This document shows positions 19,438 through 27,934 of a stretch of DNA of 64,000 nucleotides, piece after piece; the stretch's first letter is position 1, and every line of letters starts with the position of its first letter. A program made the position numbers and the translations under genes. Source of the stretch: Candidatus Staskawiczbacteria bacterium (GTDB lineage: Bacteria; Patescibacteriota; Minisyncoccia; Minisyncoccales; Staskawiczbacteraceae); assembly GCA_903928565.1 (NCBI GenBank), contig CAIYRH010000018.1:10693-74692 (forward strand). Reading direction: 5' to 3'. The notes under the pieces are model-generated. The model searched no databases and was not told the DNA's origin. It was given only the letters and a program-made list of their open reading frames with translations.

Positions 19438-20832
19438 TTAATTAATTACTTCTATTGTTCCCCTTATCATTCCCATTGTACAAGAAAACCCAAACGTACC
19501 CGCTGTTTGTGGAGTAAATTCTTTTACCGAAAGTTGCCCCGGAGTTAAATCAATTGCTCCATCAAATAATTTGCCAGAAATAATTGCCCCATTACATCCA
19601 AGCGAACTACCTGCCGTAATTTCCCACCTAACAGGAACTCCCGCCTTAACCTTAAAATAATTTGGGCTGTCTTCAGAACCAGTGGCAGTCATTGCAAGAA
19701 CCTGTTTTCCATTTACAATTGGTGCCAGGCCATTTTGCTTTGCCTCGCCAGAGCCTTGCGCGGAGGCGGGCGTTTGTGTCACTGTGTTATTATTGCCCGT
19801 AAATCCCAAAACCGTTGCTTGGTTAGACATATTAAACAGCGCAAAAAAGATTACTAAAAATCCGGCAACTTTAGAAAACCTTTGCGCCAAATGTGGTTTT
19901 GAAGATAATTTAACACTTGAAAGCCCAATAAAAAATAATACGGGAATTGTTCCAAGTGCGAACGCGCCCATTATTAATGCTCCGCTTACCATATTGCCCG
20001 AAAGCAATGCCAAACTTTGGACTGTTATTGTAAAACCACAAGGCAAAAAGAATGTTAACGCTCCCATAATAAATGGAGCATATTTTGTTTTGAAATTATT
20101 TTCATTGGCAATTCCGCGTGTAACTGACTTTGGTGCCGAAAGCTGAAATTTTCTGAAAGCTTTTACTCCAAGCATTTGCAGGCCTAAAGCAATCATTAAA
20201 ATAGAGATTGCAACAACTAAGTAACCCGTAATTTGCGGAGAAATTTGAAGCCGGCTACCAATTAACCCCAAAACGCCACCCAATACAGTGTAAGAGATTA
20301 ATCTTCCGGCGTTAAACATTAAATGTGGTTGAAGTTTTTTTGATGTGCTTTGATCTTGTGCATACAAACTGTTCCATTGTTTAGACATTGATAAAACAAT
20401 TCCGCCAACTAGCGCGGCGCAAGAAGACAGCCCAGCCAATAAACCAAAACCTAAAAAGGTTAAAACAGAAGAGCTTGAGCTTAAACTTAAAAAATTAGCA
20501 ATGCCTAATTTGTCTAAAACCAAAAAGGCAATAATTATAAAAATTGCAATATTAAAAGCCACTAACGTTGGATTGGCCCTTCGACTTCGCTCAGGGTCTT
20601 CGACCTTCTTTTCTTTTATATTTCCGTCTGAAAACGTGTAGTTGTCTTCTTTAAATATTCTATTTAATCTTTCTGGGTTTGGGCGGTCACCGTCGAATTC
20701 AATTGTAACTTCGCCTTTTGTAGTTGAAGCATTAACTGCTTTAATATTTTGTAAATCTAAAAGTTTTTTCTCAACTAAAATTTCGCACGAAGCGCAATGC
20801 ATTCCAACAACTTTGTATATATGTTCTGTCAT
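19438..20832 (-). CDS. HMA-domain membrane protein of CcdA/DsbD transmembrane family with C-terminal cupredoxin-like domain
   Basis: N-terminal GMHCASCE HMA motif; TM helices with conserved Cys (LSSCAAL, LPCGF); C-terminal beta-rich domain; contains GC-rich in-frame insert. Confidence 0.5.
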   Translation of the reverse strand: MTEHIYKVVGMHCASCEILVEKKLLDLQNIKAVNASTTKGEVTIEFDGDRPNPERLNRIFKEDNYTFSDGNIKEKKVEDPERSRRANPTLVAFNIAIFIIIAFLVLDKLGIANFLSLSSSSSVLTFLGFGLLAGLSSCAALVGGIVLSMSKQWNSLYAQDQSTSKKLQPHLMFNAGRLISYTVLGGVLGLIGSRLQISPQITGYLVVAISILMIALGLQMLGVKAFRKFQLSAPKSVTRGIANENNFKTKYAPFIMGALTFFLPCGFTITVQSLALLSGNMVSGALIMGAFALGTIPVLFFIGLSSVKLSSKPHLAQRFSKVAGFLVIFFALFNMSNQATVLGFTGNNNTVTQTPASAQGSGEAKQNGLAPIVNGKQVLAMTATGSEDSPNYFKVKAGVPVRWEITAGSSLGCNGAIISGKLFDGAIDLTPGQLSVKEFTPQTAGTFGFSCTMGMIRGTIEVIN

Positions 20833-20924
20833 ATTATTAAGTGAGCCAAATAAATTTTTGGAGGAGGGGCAATCGCCTTTAGGACATTCCCCCGACGAGC
20901 AAAAATTTAATTTGGCGAGCGAAG

Positions 20925-21200
20925 TTATTTGTTAAATAATTTAGTTACTTTTAAAATTTCATCGGTCATTTCTTGTTTTCTTTTACTGTTTTTAGAAGCC
21001 ATTGCATTTTTAAAACAAGAATTTAAATGGCTTTCCATTAGCATCTCGTGTGCCGAGCGCAACAAACCTATAACAGCCAAATTTTGCTGCATAATATCTA
21101 CGCAATATTCGCCCTCTTCAATCATTTTAATAATTCCCAAAAGAGAACCTTGGGCTTTTTTAAAACTAACCAACGCTTTTTGCCTATTTTCACTTAACAT
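20925..21200 (-). CDS. csoR: CsoR/RcnR-family metal-sensing repressor
   Basis: 91 aa; C...H...C ligand arrangement (YCVDI..., HEMLMESHLNSC). Confidence 0.6.
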   Translation of the reverse strand: MLSENRQKALVSFKKAQGSLLGIIKMIEEGEYCVDIMQQNLAVIGLLRSAHEMLMESHLNSCFKNAMASKNSKRKQEMTDEILKVTKLFNK

Positions 21201-21360
21201 AGTGTTTATTAATTTAATTAGTATTTTACCCCTACCTAGGGTATAGGTCTATGATATCAAAAGCAAGCCCCCGTGTCAATACCCCACCCCATTTCATATA
21301 ATAAAAAATCCCCGACAACAAGCGCAAAATTGAACTTGCTATCGGGGCATCAACGCCTGC

Positions 21361-22071
21361 TTACGCAGGCGGGATAACGGAGGAAACAACGGAACGGGAA
21401 CGCAGGTAGTCACTAGCATAGCCGGGGCTGTCCCAGTAGACAACGACCTCGCCACGGTCGACGACGAAGTACACGCCCGGCACGTAGCCACTGGAGCTGC
21501 GCGAGCCCGTACACAAGGTGGCATTTTTGACGTCCAAAAAATGACGGGTCGTCAGAAAATACCCAAGTTCAGGGAGCAGGCGCTCCAAAAGCGTGGCGCC
21601 CTTATGGCTTTCCGTCTTCAGCACGTTGGCCGACTTATTGGCATTTTCCTCGTCTGCCTCGACTGTCCGACGAAAACCGACAACGTACGAGCCGTCGCGG
21701 TTTGGGTCGCGGTCGTTGGTGGACACGTCTTTGTCGAGGTCATCAATATCGGTGCCGACCTTCAAACCAAACGGCTTCAGCACCTCGCGGAGCGTGGCAA
21801 CCACCTTATTGCAGGTGACGCCCTTAACCGCAGGCACAAGCCAGAGATTCGGGTTTTCCGCGACGCCGAGCTTTTTACTGACCTCGGCATACTCAGCAGA
21901 CATACCGAGCGCCGCATAGGTTATTTGCCAGTTAATATCGGGCACATTGCCGAATACAAACTGTTGCAGCACCTCGGCGAAAGCCTCTGGCTCCCGCTTT
22001 CCGTCGAGCACCAGCTTGTTAGCACTGGCTGCTAGTTTCCATAGACGTTCAAACACATTGTCATTGCTCAT
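21361..22071 (-). CDS. Hypothetical protein on a high-GC (~58%) island
   Basis: Start at MSNDNV with AAGGAAA RBS; strong GC contrast to flanks; terminator-like hairpin at 21305-21345. Confidence 0.5.
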   Translation of the reverse strand: MSNDNVFERLWKLAASANKLVLDGKREPEAFAEVLQQFVFGNVPDINWQITYAALGMSAEYAEVSKKLGVAENPNLWLVPAVKGVTCNKVVATLREVLKPFGLKVGTDIDDLDKDVSTNDRDPNRDGSYVVGFRRTVEADEENANKSANVLKTESHKGATLLERLLPELGYFLTTRHFLDVKNATLCTGSRSSSGYVPGVYFVVDRGEVVVYWDSPGYASDYLRSRSVVSSVIPPA

Positions 22072-22207
22072 GACAGTTTCCTTTCTTATAAGCACGATGA
22101 AGCAATTGCCCAGTTTGGTAGCACCAAACCAGTAAAACAACTACTATTGTCAACGAGCCTACTACCGTCTTATTACCACAAAAAAACAACGCTGTCAAGC
22201 ATTATTT

Positions 22208-23332
22208 TTACTTAATAATTCCGCCGCCGAGGACTTGGTTACCTTTGTAAAAAACGGCGGATTGGCCTTGGGCTAGGGCTTTGCCGGATTTTTTAAAAAC
22301 TAATTTACCATCTTTATATAAAGTTGCTTTTTGCAAAGGGGCTCTATAGCGAGTGCGCGCGTCAACCAAAACCGGAAAACTTGTTGGCCTATTTATCCAA
22401 TTAATATTTACAATTTTGGCTGTTTTGGTGGCTAAATCTTTTTCTTTACCAACATATATTATATTTTTCTTTAAATCTTTTTTAACAATAAAATATGGCC
22501 CATGCCCATCTGTTATGTTTAAGCCGTGGCGTTGGCCAATTGTATAATAATATACGCCATCATGCATTCCGATGACTTGGTCAGCGGAGTGTCCTGAGCG
22601 AGCAAAGCGAGTCGAAGGATTCCACAAAATTATTTTACCTATTTTTGGTTTTATATACATTTTTAAAAATGCCTTCATATCAAACTGCCCCACAAAGCAA
22701 ACCCCTTGGCTGTCTTTCTTTTCGGCGTTGTCTAATTTAAATTTCTTAGCTAATTTTCTAACTTCGGGTTTTACTAAATTCCCCACCGGAAAAATTATTT
22801 TATCTAACTGATTTTTTTTAATTTCATACAAAAAATACGTCTGATCTTTATTTGCATCGTGGGCAGTTTGTAGTTTGTAGTTTGTAGTTTGTAGTTTTTT
22901 ATTTTTAGATTTATTTCGAATTTCGAATTTCGAATTTCGAATTTCCCGCTTTATGCGGGCGTAGTGTCCTGTTGCCACAAAATCAAAACCCTCTTTCATT
23001 GCCCTATCAAAAAAATAACCAAACTTTATTATTTTATTACACATAACGTCGGGGTTTGGAGTAATCCCCTTTTTATATGAGTCAATCATATACTTGCCCA
23101 CCTGAGTCTCATATTCTTTTGAATAATCCCAGGTTAGAAAAGGAATTTTAAGTTTGGCACATGCCCGCATTGCATCTTGCCTGTCTGTTTTCCAAATGCA
23201 TTCTTTGCCTAAAATTTCCGGCGCCCACTGACGCATATAAATTCCAACTACGCTAAAACCAGCCTTTTTCAGCAAAGCCGCTGAAACACTAGAATCTACG
23301 CCCCCAGACATTGCACAGGCGACCTTAACCAT
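22208..23332 (-). CDS. mnmA: tRNA 2-thiouridine(34) synthase
   Basis: PP-loop AMSGGVDSS; length and C-terminal domain; contains heptamer repeats and a GC-rich insert. Confidence 0.85.
   Translation of the reverse strand: MVKVACAMSGGVDSSVSAALLKKAGFSVVGIYMRQWAPEILGKECIWKTDRQDAMRACAKLKIPFLTWDYSKEYETQVGKYMIDSYKKGITPNPDVMCNKIIKFGYFFDRAMKEGFDFVATGHYARIKREIRNSKFEIRNKSKNKKLQTTNYKLQTAHDANKDQTYFLYEIKKNQLDKIIFPVGNLVKPEVRKLAKKFKLDNAEKKDSQGVCFVGQFDMKAFLKMYIKPKIGKIILWNPSTRFARSGHSADQVIGMHDGVYYYTIGQRHGLNITDGHGPYFIVKKDLKKNIIYVGKEKDLATKTAKIVNINWINRPTSFPVLVDARTRYRAPLQKATLYKDGKLVFKKSGKALAQGQSAVFYKGNQVLGGGIIK
22865..22943. repeat. Composite heptamer element (AGTTTGT)x4.7 - spacer - (TTCGAAT)x4 - TCCCGC, in-frame in mnmA
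   Basis: agtttgtagtttgtagtttgtagtttgtag...ttcgaatttcgaatttcgaatttcgaatttcccgc. Confidence 0.7.
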
Positions 23333-23987
23333 AATACTTTTCTAAATAAAATTTAATTAGTTGTTCAATTGCCGGAATTGCTTCTGGGTCACCAACGCCA
23401 ACTTTTAATTTCTTCTGCACATCAAGCAAAGTGCGAGCTCCTTCTAAAACCGCCTCTTCAATGTCGTGGTCGGTAATGTTTAACCTTTTATCTATAACTT
23501 TATGACCCAAAACAATAATTTTTTCGTGCTGGCCTTTATTTCTAAAATAATTATTGGCGGCCTGCATAAACGCTTTGTCGCACAATACAGAACAATGCAC
23601 CTTTCTAACCGGTAAACCACCAAGACGCGCCATAATATCTTGCGGTTTTATTGCTAAAGCTTGATCAACAGTCATGCCCCCTTTTTCTGTAACAATAACC
23701 GAAAACATAGAAGTTGCCGCAATTGCCGAAGCACAACCAAAAGTTCTCCACTTTAATTTTTTAATTTTTTCTGTTTTTGGGTCAACTTTTATCCAAATGC
23801 GCATAACATCGCCACATTGAGGCGAACCAACTTGTCCCTCGGCGTCGAATTCGCCCTTCTTGGGCATTTTAGGTAAAAAATTTCTGGGGTGGAAAAAATG
23901 GTCTTTTACTGTTTCAGAATAAACCCAGCCATCGCCAACACGGGCACTGGCAACATCGGTTTTCTTTATTTTTGCTTTAGTTTTCAT
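23325..23987 (-). CDS. NifU/IscU-type Fe-S cluster scaffold protein
   Basis: GSPQCGDVM, FGCASAIA motifs. Confidence 0.8.
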   Translation of the reverse strand: MKTKAKIKKTDVASARVGDGWVYSETVKDHFFHPRNFLPKMPKKGEFDAEGQVGSPQCGDVMRIWIKVDPKTEKIKKLKWRTFGCASAIAATSMFSVIVTEKGGMTVDQALAIKPQDIMARLGGLPVRKVHCSVLCDKAFMQAANNYFRNKGQHEKIIVLGHKVIDKRLNITDHDIEEAVLEGARTLLDVQKKLKVGVGDPEAIPAIEQLIKFYLEKYYG

Positions 23988-24114
23988 ATAATATTATTTA
24001 GCGAGGCAATAAACTTTTTGTAGACCCAGGTCCACTTGCCTGCAAAGGCAAAGGGGGTTACCTGCATCGGAAAAAAGTTTGATTGGCGAGCGAAGAATTC
24101 GCTAGCGAGCGTTT

Positions 24115-25338
24115 TTAAATCTTCACATTTACCGGAGAAATACTTCTTAAATCAGAAACAATTTTTGGTAAAACTTTTAAAACATAATCTAAATCTTTTT
24201 TTGTTGTGTATTTGCCCATAGTAAACCTTAAATTTCCATTGGCATATTCATATGGCCTTCCTAGGGCTAAAATGACGTGTGAGGGCTCTAAACTTTGCGA
24301 ATCGCAGGCAGAACCAGTTGAACAAAAAATTCCATATTTATCGAGCCACAAAAGCATTGCCTCACCTTCAATATCTAAAATTGAAATGTTTATATTGTTT
24401 GGTAATCTTTTTTCTGCGTGACCATTCAAAACAACCTTAGAAACTTTTTTAGAAATTTCTTTTATAAAATAGTCACGCAATTTTGCTTCTCGTGCTGACT
24501 CTTGTTTTCTTTTTGCCTGCGATAATTCTAAGGCCTTGGCCAATCCAACAATTCCTGCAATGTTTTCTGTGCCACTGCGCAACCCTTTTTCTTGACCTCC
24601 ACCAAAAACTATTGGTTTAAGCTTAGTGCCGGTTCTAACATACAAAACTCCCATTCCTTTTGGGCCATAAATTTTACTTCCATTAAGGGTTAATAAATCA
24701 ACTCCTAATTTTTGAACATCTAAATCTAAATATCCGGCAGCTTGGCAAGCATCGGTGTGAAAATAAATTGGAGCGTCTATATTTCTTTTTATTCTATCGG
24801 CTTTTATTTCTTTTATAATTTCACCAATTTCTTTTATCGGTTGAATGGTGCCAATTTCGTTGTTGGCGTACATTATTGAGACTAAAATTGTGCTGTCTGT
24901 TATAGCCTTTTTAAAATCGTCTAAGATTAAAACGCCGTCTTTATCTACTTTAGAATAAACTAGATCAAAACCTTCTTTTTCGAGTTGCTCGCATGTATAC
25001 AAAACCGCATGGTGTTCGATGGCCGAAGTGACGATACATTCCCCCGACGAGTAAAAATTTGATTTAGCGAGGCTAGTCAAAAAAGCACGCGCCACACCCA
25101 AAATTGCCAAATTGTCGCTTTCTGTGCCCGAGCCCGTAAAAATAATTTCTTCCGGTTTGCAATTTAAAATTTTAGCAATTGATTTTCTGGCCTGCAATAT
25201 TGCTGTTTTTGATTCTCTACCCGAACCATGCAAAGAGCCGGGGTTGCCGTAAACTTTATTAAAATAAGGCTCCATTGCTTTTAACACGCGGGAATCTGTT
25301 GGAGTTGTGGCTGCGTTGTCTAAATATATTTTTTGCAT
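24115..25338 (-). CDS. Cysteine desulfurase (NifS/IscS, class V aminotransferase)
   Basis: PLP-enzyme fold motifs, SGSACDS active-site Cys. Confidence 0.85.
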   Translation of the reverse strand: MQKIYLDNAATTPTDSRVLKAMEPYFNKVYGNPGSLHGSGRESKTAILQARKSIAKILNCKPEEIIFTGSGTESDNLAILGVARAFLTSLAKSNFYSSGECIVTSAIEHHAVLYTCEQLEKEGFDLVYSKVDKDGVLILDDFKKAITDSTILVSIMYANNEIGTIQPIKEIGEIIKEIKADRIKRNIDAPIYFHTDACQAAGYLDLDVQKLGVDLLTLNGSKIYGPKGMGVLYVRTGTKLKPIVFGGGQEKGLRSGTENIAGIVGLAKALELSQAKRKQESAREAKLRDYFIKEISKKVSKVVLNGHAEKRLPNNINISILDIEGEAMLLWLDKYGIFCSTGSACDSQSLEPSHVILALGRPYEYANGNLRFTMGKYTTKKDLDYVLKVLPKIVSDLRSISPVNVKI

Positions 25339-25342
25339 ATTA

Positions 25343-25789
25343 TTATTTAATAAGACTTGCTAATGTAATTGAATTCAATGTTTTGTTTAATGCTAAATCA
25401 ATTTTGCTCCACACATTTTTAGCAAGGCATTTTTTTGACCTAAGGCAACCCGTGCAATCTACGGTGTTTATGTCTTCAAGTAATTTTATAACGTCGGCAA
25501 CAGCTATTTTTGTCGGACTTTTAGCAAGAGCATAGCCACCATTGGCACCATGGTGCGAAACTACCAATTTACCTTTTTCTAAACTGGAAAAAATTTTACT
25601 TAAAAATTCAAAAGGCACACCTTCAATATTTGAAATTTGTCTAATTGAAACAGCCCCGTTGCTATTGCGGTTTTTTTTGTGAGGTGGATTTTTTGCCAAA
25701 TGGACCATTGCAGTAAGCCCATACTCGGCCTTTTTTGATATTTTCATTTTTTTAATAGAAGTTACTCTAGAATTAGCATAACCGACCAA
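25343..25789 (-). CDS. Rrf2-family transcriptional regulator (IscR-like)
   Basis: N-terminal wHTH, C-terminal Cys cluster CTGCLRSKKC. Confidence 0.75.
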   Translation of the reverse strand: MVGYANSRVTSIKKMKISKKAEYGLTAMVHLAKNPPHKKNRNSNGAVSIRQISNIEGVPFEFLSKIFSSLEKGKLVVSHHGANGGYALAKSPTKIAVADVIKLLEDINTVDCTGCLRSKKCLAKNVWSKIDLALNKTLNSITLASLIK

Positions 25790-25857
25790 TTTAGTCGGTT
25801 ATGGTTGATAGTATCAAAACAAAAACCCCCTGTCAAGGGTGAAAAAAGGAGTTTTTT

Positions 25858-26319
25858 TTAACTGTCTAATACCTTTACGTCGTGCTCTAAAATTTTATAT
25901 TCGTCTTCAAAAATAAAATTTGCTTCAACCTTGCTTCCCTTTAGCACATGGGGCATCCAGTGAGCATCGTCGGGCCACATTTTTTTATATGGAATTTCGT
26001 CGTGTAAAAACCATTTTGGCGCCATTTCATCGGACTCTGCCGGCTCGCCGTCCCATTCTTTTGCCACAAATAAAGTTACCATTTGATTCCATTCTGGCTT
26101 GTCTGTAAATTTAAATTTAAAAACACCAACTTTCTCTATATTTTTCAAATCAACACCAATTTCTTCCTTGGCTTCTCTAACAGCTGCGTCTGTAATTTTT
26201 TCTCCAAATTCAACTTTTCCGCCTACTCCATTCCATTTCCCAACACCAAACCCTCTTTTCTTCATTGCTAAAAGAATTTGGTTGTCTTTAATCAGCAAAC
26301 ATAAAGTTGATTGCTTCAT
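25858..26319 (-). CDS. NUDIX hydrolase
   Basis: Nudix box GGKVEFGEKITDAAVREAKEEIGV; start taken at MKQSTL. Confidence 0.65.
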   Translation of the reverse strand: MKQSTLCLLIKDNQILLAMKKRGFGVGKWNGVGGKVEFGEKITDAAVREAKEEIGVDLKNIEKVGVFKFKFTDKPEWNQMVTLFVAKEWDGEPAESDEMAPKWFLHDEIPYKKMWPDDAHWMPHVLKGSKVEANFIFEDEYKILEHDVKVLDS

Positions 26320-26327
26320 AATTTTTT

Positions 26328-26576
26328 TTACTGTTTTATTTTTGTTGATTTTCTTTTGCTGAAATAAAATATGTAAAGAATTTCTAATATACCCACTGTG
26401 TTTACAACTAATAGCACAACAAACCATGGCTTTGAGCCATTTCGGGCGGCTGTCCATAAAGCAATTCCCTTCCAAATTATTGACCATACTGCTAATAATG
26501 CAAACAAAACCATAAAACCTACCGGCACCGATTGGTACCCCATTACGTTTATAAACTGTTGAAAATCTGGATTCAT
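26328..26576 (-). CDS. Small membrane protein
   Basis: 82 aa, two hydrophobic helices. Confidence 0.4.
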   Translation of the reverse strand: MNPDFQQFINVMGYQSVPVGFMVLFALLAVWSIIWKGIALWTAARNGSKPWFVVLLVVNTVGILEILYIFYFSKRKSTKIKQ

Positions 26577-26594
26577 AATTTTTTTTATTTAATA

Positions 26595-27077
26595 TTATTT
26601 GCGATATTTATTTATTTCGTATCCTGCGACTCCAAAGGATACGGCTACGTTTAACGATTCTTTTTGCCCCGACATAGGCAAAAATATTATTTTATCTGAC
26701 TTTTTTAATACTGCTTTTGAAACGCCCTTTACCTCGTTGCCCAAAATTAGTGCTAACGGAAATTTAGGCTTAAGTTTTAAATAATTAATAGACTGTTTGC
26801 CTGCCTGCCGAGCTGGTAGGGCCTGCTCTAAAGCTATTATATTTATTCTACTCTTCTTTAGTTTGTCTAGCAACCTGCTAGTTTGTTTGCAATATTCAAA
26901 GGGAATTCTTTCTTCCGCCCCCAGTGCAGTTTTAGAAATTTTATGATGCGGTGGTTTACCGGTTATTCCGCATAAAAATATTTTGGCTACGCCCAACGCG
27001 TCGGAAGTTCTAAAAATAGAACCCACATTTTCTAGGCTTCTAATATTGTCGCAAATCACATAAAATTCTTTTTTCAT
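26595..27077 (-). CDS. SpoU/TrmH-family RNA 2'-O-methyltransferase
   Basis: SPOUT motifs LILGNEVKGVS, LNVAVSFGVAGY. Confidence 0.7.
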   Translation of the reverse strand: MKKEFYVICDNIRSLENVGSIFRTSDALGVAKIFLCGITGKPPHHKISKTALGAEERIPFEYCKQTSRLLDKLKKSRINIIALEQALPARQAGKQSINYLKLKPKFPLALILGNEVKGVSKAVLKKSDKIIFLPMSGQKESLNVAVSFGVAGYEINKYRK

Positions 27078-27169
27078 TATTCAATTCTATACTCTTTGCC
27101 CAAAAAATCAACAAAAAAAGAGCCACACGGTTTTAACGGTGGCTTATAAAATCTGTTGAGGGGCAAGCC

Positions 27170-27769
27170 CTATATTCTTGCAATAGCAATGAAAACTTCG
27201 TTTATGAAGCGCTGAGTCCGCCCTTCGTTTGCCGACTTTGACTTCATTGCTTTAATTAAGCGAGTTGCAACCTTCGCTAGCTTGATGCGGTTTTCGATCG
27301 CATATTCCAACTTAAGTAAATCCCTTCGGTATATTTCACGAATTTTCCGAGAATCATCCTCCACGTCCATAGAAATAGACACCGTTTCCGACATGGGCAG
27401 ACAAGTCAAAGTGGCACCAAATCTTTCTCCAACAATGGGATGCTCGCCATTAACCCACTGATATTCGCCATAGCGCGTTGGGCGCCTGCCGGAAGGAATG
27501 CGTGCATGCGTATAATGCACAGACACATTAATAAGCTTCATGCAGGTAGGACCCGCATCGAAAAGCGTATTCTCGGGGCAATGGCTGCTACCAGTATCGA
27601 GAATACACTTTGCCCAATCCTTATGGTCATAACTTGCCTCTAGTATATTCCCGTCAAGATGCTTAATCTTCAAGCCCCTTCTTTCCAGCGACTCTTTTCC
27701 TGCGCTTAGGATTCCTAGTGGGTTTTCAAGCCCGGGCACCACTAAATACATCAATTTTATCGTTTTCAT
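27170..27769 (-). CDS. Hypothetical protein on a high-GC island; paralog of the gene at 50606-51268
   Basis: Shared TCLPMSETVS/TCLPIDETVS and RTQRFINEV..IARI/RAQRFIIEL..IARS; own terminator at ~27125-27165. Confidence 0.5.
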   Translation of the reverse strand: MKTIKLMYLVVPGLENPLGILSAGKESLERRGLKIKHLDGNILEASYDHKDWAKCILDTGSSHCPENTLFDAGPTCMKLINVSVHYTHARIPSGRRPTRYGEYQWVNGEHPIVGERFGATLTCLPMSETVSISMDVEDDSRKIREIYRRDLLKLEYAIENRIKLAKVATRLIKAMKSKSANEGRTQRFINEVFIAIARI

Positions 27770-27934
27770 ACAGGTATTTTTCTGTAAATGATCAATCAGT
27801 GTTCCGCGGCACACTGAAAAGCCGTTAGATATAATCTATATCTTTTCTAAATTTTTGTCAAACAAAAAATCGCCCTACTTACGGACGATTTTTAAATACG
27901 ATTTTTTATTTTTCTAAAAAACGGTTTTTACTAG

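Noticed and set aside
21339-22135. Additional ORFs (21339-21524, 21541-22035, 21593-21919, 21947-22135) in the high-GC island
   Set aside because: High GC inflates spurious ORF length; only the 21361-22071 frame has a convincing RBS and continuous coding-like composition
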